The notes under the pieces were generated by a model, which ran no database searches, was not told the DNA's origin, and worked only from the letters and a program-made list of their open reading frames with translations. DNA of 64,000 bases. Origin: Takakia lepidozioides (Eukaryota; Plantae; Bryophyta). The translations under genes were made by a program, and so were the position numbers. This document shows, piece by piece, positions 12,801 through 27,188 of the stretch; the first letter of the stretch is position 1; every line of letters begins with the position of its first letter. The stretch spans positions 35,712,001 to 35,776,000 of the forward strand of contig CM060731.1 in NCBI GenBank assembly GCA_030704615.1. Direction: 5' to 3'.

Positions 12801-14020
12801 TCCAGGAATTAAAAGGCGGTGATATAGTAAGCTACACCACGACTTGAATTAGTAACCATCATGTAAATGGGGTAAGAAAAAACAAGCCGACGGCTATTAA
12901 ATGGGGGAGGGTTCAAGCTGCAAACTGGATAAGAAGGCGTGGCATGCCAATTTCTAGGGCTCACACGTGTCACAGGGCAACCTTCTAGAGGGTCCCATCG
13001 CATGAGGATTCGGCAAGCTTCTAGAAATGGTGGGCTCCGCAAGCGCAGGCCCCCAAAATAACGAACCATAGGTATATTAATTAATAGGGACAACGGAGTA
13101 AGCTCAATAAAACCCCCCAAAATGTGTGGTCAAGTTCTTAAAAACTCAAGTTTTTAGAAGGAACTTGAAAAAGTCATATTATGGCACTGGATTAAAGGGT
13201 TATAGGGTATACAATTTGTAGATCTATACAGTCGCATTGATTATAATTGGCAGCCTTCATGGATAATTTGTTTAGCCGCATACATATATCTGCCACATCA
13301 CCCCACCGCATACATGCAGACATTTCCTATTGGAAATGGTCTAGACCGGTATTATCTTCCATCCAATGGAGGATAGCAGTACTATATAAATGTGACAACC
13401 GTACATGAAGATAGGTGATGGGCTTCCACGCGCCCATTACCTGGTTCTTTAATCCTCATTACAAGATCTACCCAGGGCAATTCACATAATCCATGGGTGA
13501 GGGAAATTCTCTCACATAATGTCCCTAAAATAGCCATCAGAAATTTTCCTCGGGTTTTTAGTATTTACAAAACTTTTCTTTGGGACATCATTAGCATCCA
13601 TCACAGACTTGTCTCTTTTCCTTTTGAAGTTGATGGATTCAACACTCCTTTGGAACAGGAACCACCCCACAAGACCTAGTGCAAGACTGAACTTGAAAAC
13701 TACTACTGGGTTCAGTGTCTGCAATAATTATAGCTCATGCAGCCATGGCTCCCCTCTCCATTTTCTCTCTTGATGTTCAGATGCGACTGGCCCTTGCCTC
13801 CTTAAGCATTCAAGAGTACAAGGGATGAATCACACAGCACGACTGATCCTTCATCCGAGTTACTACGCACTCATGCACCACTTTTGCAATAAACAATGCT
13901 ACAAAACTGTTGGGCAACTGCAATTCTGTCATCCAACACACAAGCATTATACAAGGAATCCATGACCTTTTTCCTCAGGCATGTGAAGCTGCTGCTGGCC
14001 ATGGGGGTACCCAGATTCCC

Positions 14021-17000
14021 TTACTCCTCATCTGAGCCTTCCTCTTCCTCTGCATCCACCTGTCCAGCACCAGTCCTGTAGTCGACCATCTGCTGTTTGT
14101 ACCGTTCCTTATCAAGGTTGGCTTGTGCTTCAAAAGGCTCTTTCTCCGTCGCTGTACAGAATCACCAACCCCATATGTCACACCTGACTTGATGGTTTCA
14201 AAACTTAAACTATCTATCATCCTCTAAGAATAACATGATCATTAATTAAGTTTTCAAAGAGTGAACAAAAGGATATATACCAGAAGTGCACCACATTTCC
14301 ATTATGTCAAGTCTATCGTATAATATCACTATAATGCACATGTAACACCATCAAGAAATCAAATCCAATCTGTGCAGCCAGGTTTTGCTGCAAGAAATCC
14401 CCTGGAAGTTGCCCAACCATGGATTCAGAAAACTTTGCACTTCCATTTGTATTTCTTGTTTACAAAAGGCTGCACAGATACTATACAAAGTCAACATTGC
14501 AGGTAGAGAACCCAATGCAGTTTCTACTAAGAACATACCTGACATTTTCTTCCACTTTTCACCAACAGCCTTTGCCAGATCCTGAAAAGACATGCTTGGA
14601 TTGTCCGCTTTCAATTTCTGCAAGGACCAACACAGACCAATGCACTATGAAATGCATCTACTAAAAGTTGTTACTGTACACATGCAACCACACCACAAGG
14701 TGTAAGCAATGCAAGTAGTTACTTATGATTGCAGCACTCCTGGGACATTTGGAAGTCGTGCTGCGTTAGAATGCTATAAGTTAATTCGCGAAGTGGTTAG
14801 CCTAGTTGTACCTCATTAGAAAAAATTCAAAGCATGGCATTCCAAAAGAATAGCTCCATTATCAATTTGAACTAATCCATGTGAGCACATGGGTCTCAGA
14901 TGAAGGCATAGGGGTCTGCCCATGGATCTGGGAGAGGTCAGAGGTCTCAGCAGACAATCCCCCTCACAGTCCCCCTCTAAGCATATGCCTACTGCAGCAT
15001 GCAACCCTCTCGGCAGGGGCTGCTGTAAATGACCACCACTGGAAAGAGGGATGACTTTCGAAATCAACCTTCAAACGCTCGTCCAAACCACTCGAAGTCC
15101 ACCATAAAGATAAAACCACTGAATGCAATAAAAGCTTGATATCCACCAAGGGAAGGATTTCTAGTGACTTGCAATATGAGCTTCCATCAAGCTATCATAG
15201 CTTTGAATGATAAATAGGAGCAGAGTGTGCAACAAACCGGTCTCTCCACCAACATGAATCGCATGAAACCAGACAGGGCACGTTTCGGCGCATTTGGATC
15301 CTTTTTCTTACGCTTCTTCCGTTTGCCACCCTCTTCATCATCATTATCTTTTCTCCGTTTCTTCGCTGCTACCTTTGGCACTGCTGCTTCTTTCTTCTTT
15401 TTGTCCTTCTTTGCAGGCATCTCCTTTACAAAGTCAAGCAAGTAGAAAGCTCTCTCTCAAAAAGAATAACTTGTTTAACATGTACGAAAGAGTCTCCATT
15501 CATACGATCATGAGTACAGATAATGGAGAAGTCAAGGAGTAAGGCATGCACAAGGCTGCATTCAGTATGTGTGAGAGAAAGGACCCCTGTGAACCCTAAA
15601 AAAAGTGTGATTTCTACCTAGTACTGTTAGTGAGAGTTTTTAATGCTTGTAGAAAGGGCATTCTCTAGTGGAAAAGCCCACCCCAAAGAGATCTCAGAAA
15701 GAAAAAGAGAGGAACCAACAAAAGCTGATGGCAAGACAGGAGATATTAGGAGCAAAAGGAGGGGCCTTGACACAAACATATCAACTACTCCAAGCAGTCG
15801 ACAGTCTTATCTAGATTGCAAGCAGTCAGAAAACTACCTTGCAGTCTTAAGCCAATTTCACCAATAAGGAGAACTTACCTCTGGATTGGCTGCGGCATCG
15901 TCGCTAGCATCAGAGTCCTCAGAATCAGAGTCAGACGGGGAGCCAGCATCATCCTTTTCTGCCACAAAGTCTTCATCCTGCAATCATCCATGCAGCCAAC
16001 AAATCCCTTCTAATTTCATGTTCATATTTATCAAAATTCACCCTAGCACCTCTCAGATAGGGATGAAGGGATTGGCAGCAATTGTAAATGACAACAATGC
16101 TGGGCTGCCCCCTTGAAATCCACATTTTCATCCACAATGATCCTCAATTTTGAGGCTACTGTACAAGGGTAGGCACGTGGGACTAAGTTATCAACCAGGG
16201 TCAAGGTAACCAGGGAAGTTCACTTATGCGCACACCAGCCAAAAGCTTCCAACCTCTCTGTCCCAAGCAGTTTCAATGATTGAACATCAACAGTCAAATT
16301 TGCACAGATAAAAAGCTTTCACAAAAAATGAGCACACCTCCTCATCACTGTCTTCACCATCCAGGCCTACAGCACCACTCTCGCGTGCACTTCGAATACG
16401 ATTCAGATGTGGGTCTACGCCCTCAAAGTCTGTTCCTTCCAGTGCAGCTGCAACCCCACTTGTACCTTGCGCATCTCCCAAATTCATAATCTTCAAATCC
16501 TTGGAACTGCATGGAAGAGCTAGGAGTAAGAAACTGGTATCACCACAATAGAAGCTAATCAATGTCTAGTATGGAACCCTCTTCCACATCAAGGGAAAGA
16601 ATTAAGACAAAGTTTGAACCTTATAAAATTGAAAAGATTGTGGTACTCATTCCGCTGAATGTTACGAAATTGATGCTCTTGTTCACTCTTAAGACGAATG
16701 AGAAGGTCGAAATAATGAGACGATATGCTGCTGGTGCCTGCTGCTCCATGCCTTTCAAACTCCATGTACTCAATCTGACGACCAAAGAAAAAAAAATCAC
16801 ATGTCACTTAGCAACAAAATGGTGTGCTCAGAGGACATTTATAGACTTGTCATCATACCCTGCCCGGTCTTCCACAGCATGATAGGTGGGTATCAATTAT
16901 AAGGATGGGCTACTATCACAGACAGCTGACAGCAGGGTTGAAGCAACTTTGTAGAAGCTGTCGATTGTGGCCGTCTAGATTGCCTCTAACAAGCTCCTTA

Positions 17001-20000
17001 CCGTGGCATCAAATTTGACATCATATTGGACTTCAACCCAAAGAGCATATTGAGTGAAGGATGGTAGTGTGAATCTTCGGCGCACAGCAGGTGAGAACAC
17101 CCATTTGAAACTGAATGGACCCATTGAATGAGGTGCAAACAACCCAATATGTGTCCACATGGCCACCACGACATTGCGCTGATAGCAGCCACCAGCCCCA
17201 GTTAACAAGAGAAGAAAAAAAAGAGAATGACAACATTTTTGGCTGCAATTATCTGCACATTCCTGTCAGCCCTAGCCACTTACCTCATCATGAAGAATGA
17301 GTGTCGGGGGCTTGGGCAGGAAGAAGAAACTCTTCTCCAGAGGGTAGAGTGTGCCTTCCTCTGCCTTCAGGGACGTTCGCACAGAATGTCCATCTTGACT
17401 GCTGCGGTACTTGCCAGGGCGTGTTACTTTAGCCCCTGAGAGACCCCGCAATATCTGTGTGAATACATCATGCGACAAATCCTGCCACATCCCCACACTG
17501 CAAGTCACACCACTTTATCCACAGGCACATCAGACTACCGTATCATATCTACCACCCAACACCTGATTGAGCAAGAATTGAACTCAACTAACCTTGTAAA
17601 CAGGTTGAAGTCGATCCTTGTATTTAGTATTCAACAAATCTTCATTCATGGATAGAGTGCACTCTGCTATCTCCTCTGAGGGGAACTGTGGCTCCACCAG
17701 TCCATACACAACATGTGAGTAAGGCAAGCTAGGACAAGCAAATCACATGTGGCCAAGAACTCAAGTGTAAACAAACAAGAAGTTTTTTAGCAACCTCTAC
17801 TTGGCTCAATGACAAGATGAGTGAGCCACGGATAAACCCCAGAGGCATTGGCAACACATACTAGAGTTCCTTAGCAGAACGATTCTAACCTGAAGTACAA
17901 TATGAGGATAGAAGGTTTGACCCTTGCGAATAGGGGGGTCCAACGTGATCACCACAAAAGTATGTGGTTGATTACTCTGCACACCCATAAGGTTCAATGC
18001 TCAGACCATTTCAACCAATACTCTGCACCAGCAGATGGAACATATGCTACCAGGCATCAAAGATTTGCATGCTATACGATGTAAAATCACCATCCAACAC
18101 CAGATCGAAAAACATGCTAGCAGGTATAGGCTAGGTTTCCCCATGAACAAAATTTCACATCCTGCTGGGGCATTCTGAATGCCATTAGATCATGCCCTCT
18201 TCATACAACTAGGTGAAGCCCAAGTAGACAAAAGTGAAAAATCAGCAACTACACAACAAGTGGAGAGGCACCTTCGGCAGGATAAACAGGCGGACAACAC
18301 TGTTGTACTGAATTTTGAAGTCGTTGGCCTGCCCCTGCAGCCGTAAAAATGAAAGATGAAGCTCCACATTGTACCGACCTCTGCGGGCAAACAAGGTGAC
18401 GCAGTCGGAAACCCACAGCACAGACAAGGTTTAGTAAACATATACTAGACACTAGATACTACAATTAAGAGAAATCTAACCCAAGCTTATGCTGGCAATA
18501 TATGAGAGGTAGCACCGACAGCACCAGAACGGTGCATGCCTAGCACAACAGATTAACACTTCATTGCAAACTATGACTGGAAAATGGATATCCACCCTGA
18601 GTGCTTACTGCAAATCCAGTCGACATTCTTTTAAGTCAAAAAGTTTAATTCCCGACTCTTATGTTAATGATGTTGTTCAACCATTTTGATTTTAGTACAG
18701 TACTTTGGATGGAAGTGAAAACAAACAACATATCACTTTGTGAATCAAAGAACTTTAAACAGTAGTGGAGGTGGCAAGGAGCCCCTCCATGCTGCATATC
18801 CTTAGCATCACGTCATATGAATGCTCATGACTGAAGCACCCCAGGTGTCATAAGGGTACTTTCCCCTGTCAATGGACTAACTACAGTGATGAAGACATGA
18901 TACCACCAAGAATGGAGCCTAGGAATCCTATCACTGAAAAATCAAATTGAGAGACCTCATGCATAGGAACGGTGCAATGCACACCAGTGAAAACCACAGA
19001 CAGGGATACCTTGGTGTGAGAATACCAACTTCCTCGAACAATGCAATCGCTTCTGCACCAGAAGGGCCCACATCCGCCATAGACAAGATCTTCTCACGGA
19101 AGACCTGATAGCCAAACATTGGGACGGGAGACACGTATTAATACAGGCCCCTAGCCGACTGACTTACAGGGTATGAGAACAGCTATATATTCAAACAAAG
19201 CAACTGCATCTGAGCCTGATTTCGTAACCTCAGCAAAATCCTTTATCTTCTCATCCGCTCACATTGTTCCCATAATGCATAAGCACGTCGGACCTACCTA
19301 CCACCCCCTAAAACACACATTCCTTGTGCTGTGCTTTCCATGATTTCCAAAAACCTATAGTTTTGGTGCCTTCCCCACTGGGTTCATCAATTTTCCGCTT
19401 TCCAAAAGAATAGACATCCACATTCTCTGATGCAGGGGGGCCTGGCTGTGGCAATGCCTGTCTGGAAACAATTTGGAAGGAAGTCAAATATAGTCAAGCT
19501 CAATGCCTGATTGAATAGCTATCATAGTCTACATTCTCGCGTACATATAGAAGAGAACAACAGTAGAGGAAATCCTTTTGTACCTGGGCTGGTGGGTGCT
19601 CCTCATCGCCAACATAGGTATTGTTAGTAGGGGGGATATGGAAGCTCAATTCCATCAATGTATCCTTCTGCACAAACATCCACACCCTTTCAATTTCTTT
19701 ATCCCACAGCACTATACACACCTAGTCACATAGGGCTGTTACAGAATAAGTAGAAATTACAGGGCAAGACCATTATGACAGCGGAGGCCAAAGAACTTGT
19801 GGACATGTAAGCAAATTAAACAACAAACCCAAAATTGAGTGCGGGTGTGAAGCCTACTCTGGTCGATGGTCTTACCTCACTGGCACCAGTGGTGTCATCC
19901 ACATGGAACTCCAGCACCACCTCATTCTTGCCTTGCATCTGTGTCTGCGCCACATCGGATATGGAGACATCGAACGCATGCTTCCCACCCACGGTGAAAG

Positions 20001-20817
20001 CCAGGGAGTTGCCTGTCACCATCTAAAACCGATTGAAAGGTATGGTATGATTTTTAAAAAACCCTTAAACCCTTACTGTAAACCATGGAAACTCCAAATC
20101 TCCTTTGACTCCAACTAAGTTAGGGTATTTTGCCACAAGGGCAATAAGAACTCTAGCATCGTTGACATACACTAGGACATACAAGGTAAAGTACAAACCT
20201 TCGAGAATCGCTTCCCCCCAGTTACGACCACTTATGGCAAGCGCCTTATCCTCGGCACTAATTCCCATATTCGAAGCTATGAAGGTAGTCAAGCTCGTCA
20301 TGTCCTACAGTCACACAGCAACATCCTCAATAAATTAAGTCAAACAAAAGTGTTCATGGAGGTTTTTCGGAGGAGTGATCAGCCCAGCATAATCGAAACA
20401 ACATAAGAAAACAAACCTGTTCTCGGAAGCCATTGAATTTGACATCTTGTCCAGCCTTCAACTTGACACCCAGCTGGAAACCCTTGGGCACGCGCGTCCA
20501 ACTCAAACCCGAGATGTCACTCTTGGACACGTCCACTACCTTACCACCTCCTGTCTTCCTCCAATTGAACCCGCCGGTATGAATCTTCAACTGTCCGGGA
20601 TTCTGTTGAAAACGGAAAATCGTCACATATCAAATCCAGACCTTGCTCTTGAGTACCAAATTAGGGTTTGTAGGATATCCGTAACTAGCGCGTCCATAGC
20701 TGCCAACTACGGAAAACAACTGGTGAAAAAAAAATCGGGTACAAGCCTCACCATGCCTCCTCGGCCACCAAGGAGAATGTTATTGAATTGATGAATGGCT
20801 GTGCCATCGTCTGCCAT
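14021..20817 (-). CDS. SSRP1: FACT complex subunit SSRP1 (multi-exon, apparently intact)
   Basis: ATG at 20817 ([21 protein letters not shown]). Exons encode [82 protein letters not shown], an acidic region and the HMG box [16 protein letters not shown]…GEKWKKMS. The last exon ends EEEEGSDEE* (TAA 14021-14023). Confidence 0.95.
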
Positions 20818-21419
20818 GATCTCCGCCAGGTACCACGCCCACCACCTTCAACACTCCCAATCAAAGGCCCGCAAAAAATCAGCATGCAATTAAAAAAGTA
20901 GCAACATTCCCCAACAGCTCACAAACCCAGGACGCCTCCGCACACACTGCCCCTCTCTCCTCCCCTCTCTTGGCAAATTCTTGAAAGAAGCCTAGCAAGC
21001 ACGAACAGACGCTGTTGGCAGGGAGACGGCAGCCCTCCCAAGTCACGGGACCAAGCTTTCAGGGGACCAAAGTTGCTGGATGGATGAACTAGATCGATTT
21101 TGGTGTTGGATGAAACATATTTGCCTGTTACTAAGAGTTTGGTGCTTTGCGTGTAAGATAAGGGAAAACAAAAATGCGCGGCTAGTAATAGGGGTCGTGT
21201 AGTCACTGGCACCAATAGAATACTCTCGCCTGGGGGGGGGGCACTTTCCGACCCATCCTCTTTCCTGTTGTTCGACCTTGTTGTGGATACTAGAATACTT
21301 AATTTTACAAGTCTGAATGACAAAGGAATATAGTGGTGAAAAATGTAGGGTTTAGGCTCCGCAATATGCGGTGAGAAGGGCATCATTGGGACTTAGTGGC
21401 TTCTTAGTGGCTTTCGGCG

Positions 21420-22860
21420 CTAAGACGGCGGTCCAGCTTATTGCCCCTTGTCTCCCTTGCTGATATGAGCTGTTAATGTTGTTTGGGTCTCAGTGCGGCT
21501 TTACTGTTATGTGGTTCCGCCTATACAGAGGTGATTGCTCCTGCCATTCCTATCTGGTGCTAGTCAGTGACTCTTAGCATCCCCTAAAGACAGCTTTGGG
21601 CGGGAACCTTTGACCTCGGTAGCCGCTTCTTCTTCCTCTCTAACAAATTATTCTGTTTTGGCAGTACAATGCCTACCTAAGGATAAAAAATGATTGCAAA
21701 ATAAAAATGTACATATATATGCATCTACACTCTCATTGGGTTGCTCAACTTTCCGCTAGCCCCCCTTGCATGCCTCGGGTTGGAGGGGTTGCTCTCAACC
21801 CGACCTTTGTGGTGCCTTCTTTAGCCTCTGGCATGCTACCCAAATTGGCTTTTATGGCATTGCCTTCACTACCTTGAATGGGAGGTTAGCACTCAGGGTC
21901 ATTTTCTGGACATAAGAGGTGAGTTTATATTCCAAATTCGGGTCATTGACCTCACTTCTGGAAGGGCGGACCCTTCTCCTTCAGCACTGGACCTGCACAG
22001 TTGGGCTTGCAATCTTTTATGATTTGTTGGTTCCCTTTACGAGACTTCCCTTCGACCTAGGTGAGTGGGGCTGGATTACAAAGAAGAAGGAACCCTTTGC
22101 GTACTGGGCCAAGTTGGGGTACTCCCTGCTCTGTCCATGTGCTTCATTCACTCGCAAATGGCAAAAAAAATTTGGCCCCTCTATGCCAGCACACATTGAT
22201 TGGAAAGCAACCTGGAAAGAGGTTTGGATTAAAACCAGATCAGCCAAAATCTCTGGTTTTCCCTGGAAGCTTGTTCATAGGATTCTTCCTGTCTTTCATT
22301 TTTTTATCCTCCTCCGCCTTGTAGGCTGTGCAGGTTGGGTTGTATTGAGACAATTGAACATTATCTCTAATTTGATTGTAACTTTGCTTCCCTCATTCGG
22401 TCAAAAATTTGTACCTTTACGCTCTCTAGTGCTCGGTCAACCCTGCCAAGAGGGCTTTGCACATGCTGAATCTTAATATGGATAAATTTGGAGGACTTGC
22501 TAGGTTTGGACAAGTCTTAGAGCTCTCACCCTTTGGCACATCTGGAAGTGTAGATGTGCTAATTGGTATGATGCAGCATACCTAGAGCATACCCATGTGT
22601 TTCCTTTGTTCTGCAAAGAATTTTCTTTGACTTGTTAATAGAAGGTAGGAAGGCTTGGGGTGTTTGGGTTCAGTTCTTTGCAGATGTTCTCAGGAGATAC
22701 GACTCCAGCTTCTTCAGGAATTCAACTCGTCCTCGTGGGCTTCAAGGGACATCATTTGTCGAAGGACAAGGGATTCGTGTGTGTTTTCAAGCCTCCCTTC
22801 TCCCACTGACGTTGCTAATCTGCCTTCTTCTTGCCCTCCCCACTCAACGGGGACGAAGAC
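21420..22860 (+). mobile_element. Degenerate L1 ORF2 3' region (zf-RVT-like)
   Basis: IDWKATWKEVWIKTRSAKISGFPWKLVHRILPV, then frameshifted C..C…ETIEH and LWHIWKCRC, typical of the L1 C-terminus. Confidence 0.65.
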
Positions 22861-23069
22861 ATTAATTGGAAGCACCGCAAAAATAGGAACTCTAAAATCA
22901 AGGCTCACCTTCATTTTGAGCCCTTGCATAGAAAGAAATAATGTGTTGCTGGGATTTATCAGCGCTTTAATCTCTTAGATGCAAATGCTCTCAAGCCCCT
23001 GCATGTTTAGGCCTTGGTCATTCTGAACTCTGGTTCCTTGCTAGGCTGTTTACTTAATGAACCATTTGT

Positions 23070-23460
23070 GTGTCGCCCTGATATTCTACTTGTCCTAGGC
23101 CTACCCACTAATGCCCAGCCACCCACCGTACCTTCCCCACAACTCACCATATCCTTCATTGAATTCACATACTGTCACGATCGTTATCCCAGCGACTCCA
23201 CTTTAGAAAAAAAGGCAAAAATATGCCCCGCTCATCCTTGCTATCCACCGGCGGGGCTGGTATACAGGCCCACTTAGCGTCATCACTGCCGGAACTAGGG
23301 GTGGCATCCACAATGCCAGTATCAATGCTATACACGACAACTTCAAAATCCCCATCCCTCCTATTCACAAATGTTTCAAAGCTATCCACCTCACGGTGCT
23401 CCGATCCCTCACAGCCATTATTACCAACAAGCGCCAACTGGAATCCAGCTCTACAACGGT
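23070..23460 (+). mobile_element. Restriction-like endonuclease (RLE) C-terminal fragment of a non-LTR retrotransposon
   Basis: RPDILLV…FIEFTYCHDR…KKAK, then after a frameshift YAPLILAIHRRGW…ITAGTRGGIH: a PD-(D/E)xK RLE signature. Confidence 0.65.
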
Positions 23461-24310
23461 ACCCTAGGTTCTTCAGGGTACCCCTGGGTACCCAAGAGTA
23501 CCAATGGTACCTCTATATCTCTGGTTACCTAGTGTCCTCCTGGACATCTATCTTTCTTATAGGGCCCACCCCCAAAAAGGGGGCAGTAGCCGCAAGGCTC
23601 TTAGTTACACCGGCCTTGGCCGGAGTCTTCTCTCTCTGATGCTGCCACTTGGTCAAACCCGGACAAATCCCCTCACAATGACCTCTCACCCACACGTGTG
23701 AAAAAATATCTTAGCATGAAAAGAGAGAATTATTATGTTCATGAGAACCTGAGCATACTTGACCCCTTGCTTACCTGCTCAAAATTAGGGCAATCAGTTG
23801 CCCAAATCTGGACATGGGCCATTCTATGGCATCGATTCTTTAAAATAGAAGCCAAAAAGAAATTTACATTTAAATAGGGCCTGGTGGGCATTTAAGCGAT
23901 AAAGATGCAGCCAATCAAAATGCACAAAAAAGTGAGGGTTGCTAATTACTAATTACTGCCTCACCTGCGCCACTAGAGTAGATCATAACCGTCCAAAAAT
24001 GTGAGATCCGTCCTCGCGTAAATGAAGTGTCAAAGTCCATACCTAATCTCGTTATTTTCTCATTTTCTAAGGACAATTAAAATCTTTGGCCAGCTTTCGG
24101 AATTTCAGAGCACTGACCCCCGCAAGTCGAGCAAGCGTTCCCATGCTCCTGATTTTCTATTGTTGATCAAGGGCAATCAGTTGCATATTTCTTGACCCAA
24201 GGCTGGAAGTTGGCGCCAGTAGCTTGGCCAGTCTATAGCTGAGGGATTTCATGATGTGAGATCTCCAGCCAAGGCGGCAGGCCGGTTGACTCTGCTCACT
24301 TTTTCTTGCA

Positions 24311-25960
24311 GTGGACAAGGTGGATCGCATCACGACTGACTGAGGCCGAGTGGGTTGAGTCAGGTTATACGCAGACTCTTGACGAGTACATGGAGATCGC
24401 ACATTCACCCTCCATTGCATTGGAGCCATGTCTGGTATGCTCTCTTTTCCTTGCAGGCGAGACGCTAACTGATAAATTGATGGCGAGTACAGACTACCAT
24501 AATTTGATGCGGTAGGTCGATCAAATCGGTGGCCTTCTCGAGGATTTCAAAGAACTTAAGGTTTGTAGTTCTATCATAACATCCAATTTGATATTTCAAT
24601 TAATCTATTCCTGAGTTGGATCCGTTAATTCCTCGTTAATTCCAGTTGGAAATGAATGTAGAACTGAGGATGGATGTCGCGCACCTCACTTCGGTAAGCT
24701 CCCCTTCAAGTCATAGTTACTCGCTTTGATGCGCACGCCTGACTCCCAACCTGGCCGGCGGGCCAACTTGGAGTTTCGGCTGCTCACCGGGACATAACGG
24801 TCCCCCTTCGCTCTCCCACTAAACCCTCCACCTATTTGGGCCTAGTAGAATTCCCTTTGGTAGATGGCAGTCCGGAACAGCTCCCCACTCTTTGGTCGCT
24901 TTCCGGCTCGCTTGCTTACTCACTAGTTTTTGGTCACCAACGGGCTTGCACCGTTCTCGGGGTCACTACTCCCCTTATATATACTTCTGTAGCTGTCCGC
25001 GGGGGTTTCACAACCAGCCATGCCATTTTATGGCGAACCACCACGAAAACCCTCGACTCCCGGTGATGAGTCGCGGTGAGTCTTGGCCCACTCACCACGG
25101 CCCCTATGGACCGTGATGAGTCCCAAGACTCCCCACGACTCCCACCACGAGGTCTCCGCCCCCATGGTGAGTCCTATGTCACCCCCACTAAGTCCCGCTA
25201 AGCTACCACCACCCCTTGTGGAGCCACCCCCACCGCAACCCGGTGTGCGGGGCTCCACCTAGTGAGCGTCTCCGCCTCCTTGAGTGCCTTGGGCACTCAA
25301 GGGTGCTTCAGCCCCCCATACCTATCGCTGCCGCTGCCCCCACCACAGGGGCAGCCCCTTATGTGTCCCGACCCCCCTGCCCTCAAGGCAAAGGGCCGCG
25401 ACAATGGACATGTTTGAACTGATAGGTGATGCGGTGCGTCAACCAAATCGGTGGCCTTATCGAGGATTTCCAAGAATTTGCGGTATGTAGTTCTATCGTA
25501 ATATCCAATTTGACCTAGTTCTTTGATATTTCAATTAATCTATTCCCTACTTGGATCCTCCCAATAGATTAATTGGAAAGGAATGTATAACTGAGGATGG
25601 ATATGTTTCAACTTTATGCACAGGGGATCAAGTCAAGCATGCATAGCTACATGAAGGAGCATCCTGAATCCAAGACTAGGTTACTGCCCACATACTGCAG
25701 GTGGTTGAAAGCAACATGCAAAAGTTAGTTTGGGAGCTCAGAAAGGATCTGTGGTGCACCAGCATTCTCTCTAGGCCTCCGTTGAGGCACAGTATTAGCA
25801 CAAATTCGGACATGCATTTCCACAGTTCTTGCATACGACCCATGTTGTGTAAGTTAGTGTTGATCAGCTTCTTCCGAAGAACAAATTTCAATTCAGCAAG
25901 TTCAATGTGGATGAAATTAAAAGTGAAGATACTGGCGGCGCAAGGAACAAGACTACCAAT
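24311..25960 (+). pseudogene. Diterpene synthase C-terminal (alpha-domain) exons, pseudogene
   Basis: WTRWIASRLTEAEWVESGY.QTLDEYME…, premature TAG at 24513-24515, internal duplication (~24505-24675 vs ~25427-25605) around a ~750-bp insertion. Highly similar to 53400-54385 on the opposite strand. Confidence 0.75.
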
Positions 25961-26323
25961 TGCATAGGTAGTCAGAAATCACACCAAATACTTCGAATGG
26001 CAAGATGCGGGGATTCACACCCAGACAATTGCCGCACCAAAGCTCCTGCCAACCATGGAGCCTGGAGGTCACGTCATAAAAGAACCCCTATACTTTCCAA
26101 GTAACTTATACACAGGACCTTAGAAGTCACAAACCACCTGCCCCACCAATGAGACGACAACCTGCAAGACGAGAGCCATAGGTCGGCCTTGAACAGTATA
26201 GAAGAAGCCACCGCACATGCCACAAAGAATTATTACCGTATATCCCCTACCAACAGCAGAAGAGACGTGATAGGGAGATCATGGGGCTTATTAATTCGGC
26301 TGTTTCATTAATTATTATAGGTA

Positions 26324-27188
26324 CAGTCTACCCTCCATAAATGTTCCCTCCATATCTGTTAACCCTCTTTATTTGTTATCTTTTTTTTACTCCCAAAGAT
26401 TTTACAAAGCAAGTGTTAGGTGTTATGTGTTATGATATTTTTTTACTCCCTCCTTTACTAAATGACCCTTGATAAGTGTTAATTTTCTTCAAACATATAT
26501 ATATATACATATAAGACTAGTACTTGGTCTAAGGTCATGACATATATCAATAAAACATGTCAGCTTTTTAATTGAACTTAACATGGGGATCATTCAAATT
26601 CTTTAATTTCACTAAGAGTATCCCCACCCTTGAGCCCAAAAGACTCCCTGTAACGCGAAAATAACGTGATCAATTTATGGCGAAACTATGTAGAGTTTCA
26701 CCTCCCAAGCACACAATGGTACGTAGAGATCTTGCCTTAAACTATGTACTCCATATCCCTTTCACGCTAATCTAAGTAGAGATTTTCATGTGTGCAAGTA
26801 TACTTGCAAGGACTGCTCTCCTTTATGATGTATATATGACCCTTCAAAGTGTGTGTGCACCTTGCCCTGGCATAGCCTTGTCTCGATTTTGCAGTAAGAG
26901 AAAAAAGACATAGATGCAAGTGTTGGAAAAAATATAGAACTCTATCATGAGACATTGTTTTTTAAGGGAAAAAAATGAAACACTCTGTTGTTGATGACCT
27001 TATGTAATACATAAAATCATTTTTTTTTTCCGTAAGTGTTACATTTCAGTTTTCAAGCTCTCTATAAGTGTTCCTTCTCTAAGTGTGATTTTTGAAAGAT
27101 TCTTATTCTATATCTGTTATGATGTTAAATATCTATATGTGTAACATTTTCTCTACTCCCGAGGTGTACACATATAGAGGGTAGACTG
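26324..27188. mobile_element. Tc1/mariner-pogo-type non-autonomous element (MITE-like)
   Basis: TIRs CAGTCTACCCTC…GAGGGTAGACTG flanked by TA on both sides (26322-26323, 27189-27190). The paralogous empty site has a single TA (~53256-53257). Confidence 0.85.

Noticed and set aside
13216-13471. Possible solo LTR or small TIR element (tgtagatct…agatctac)
   Set aside because: Only an 8-bp inverted match, no convincing TSD and no second copy in the window.
19000-19010. U12 intron in SSRP1 (donor GTATCCCTG)
   Set aside because: It departs from the RTATCCTT consensus and no clear U12 branch point was seen.
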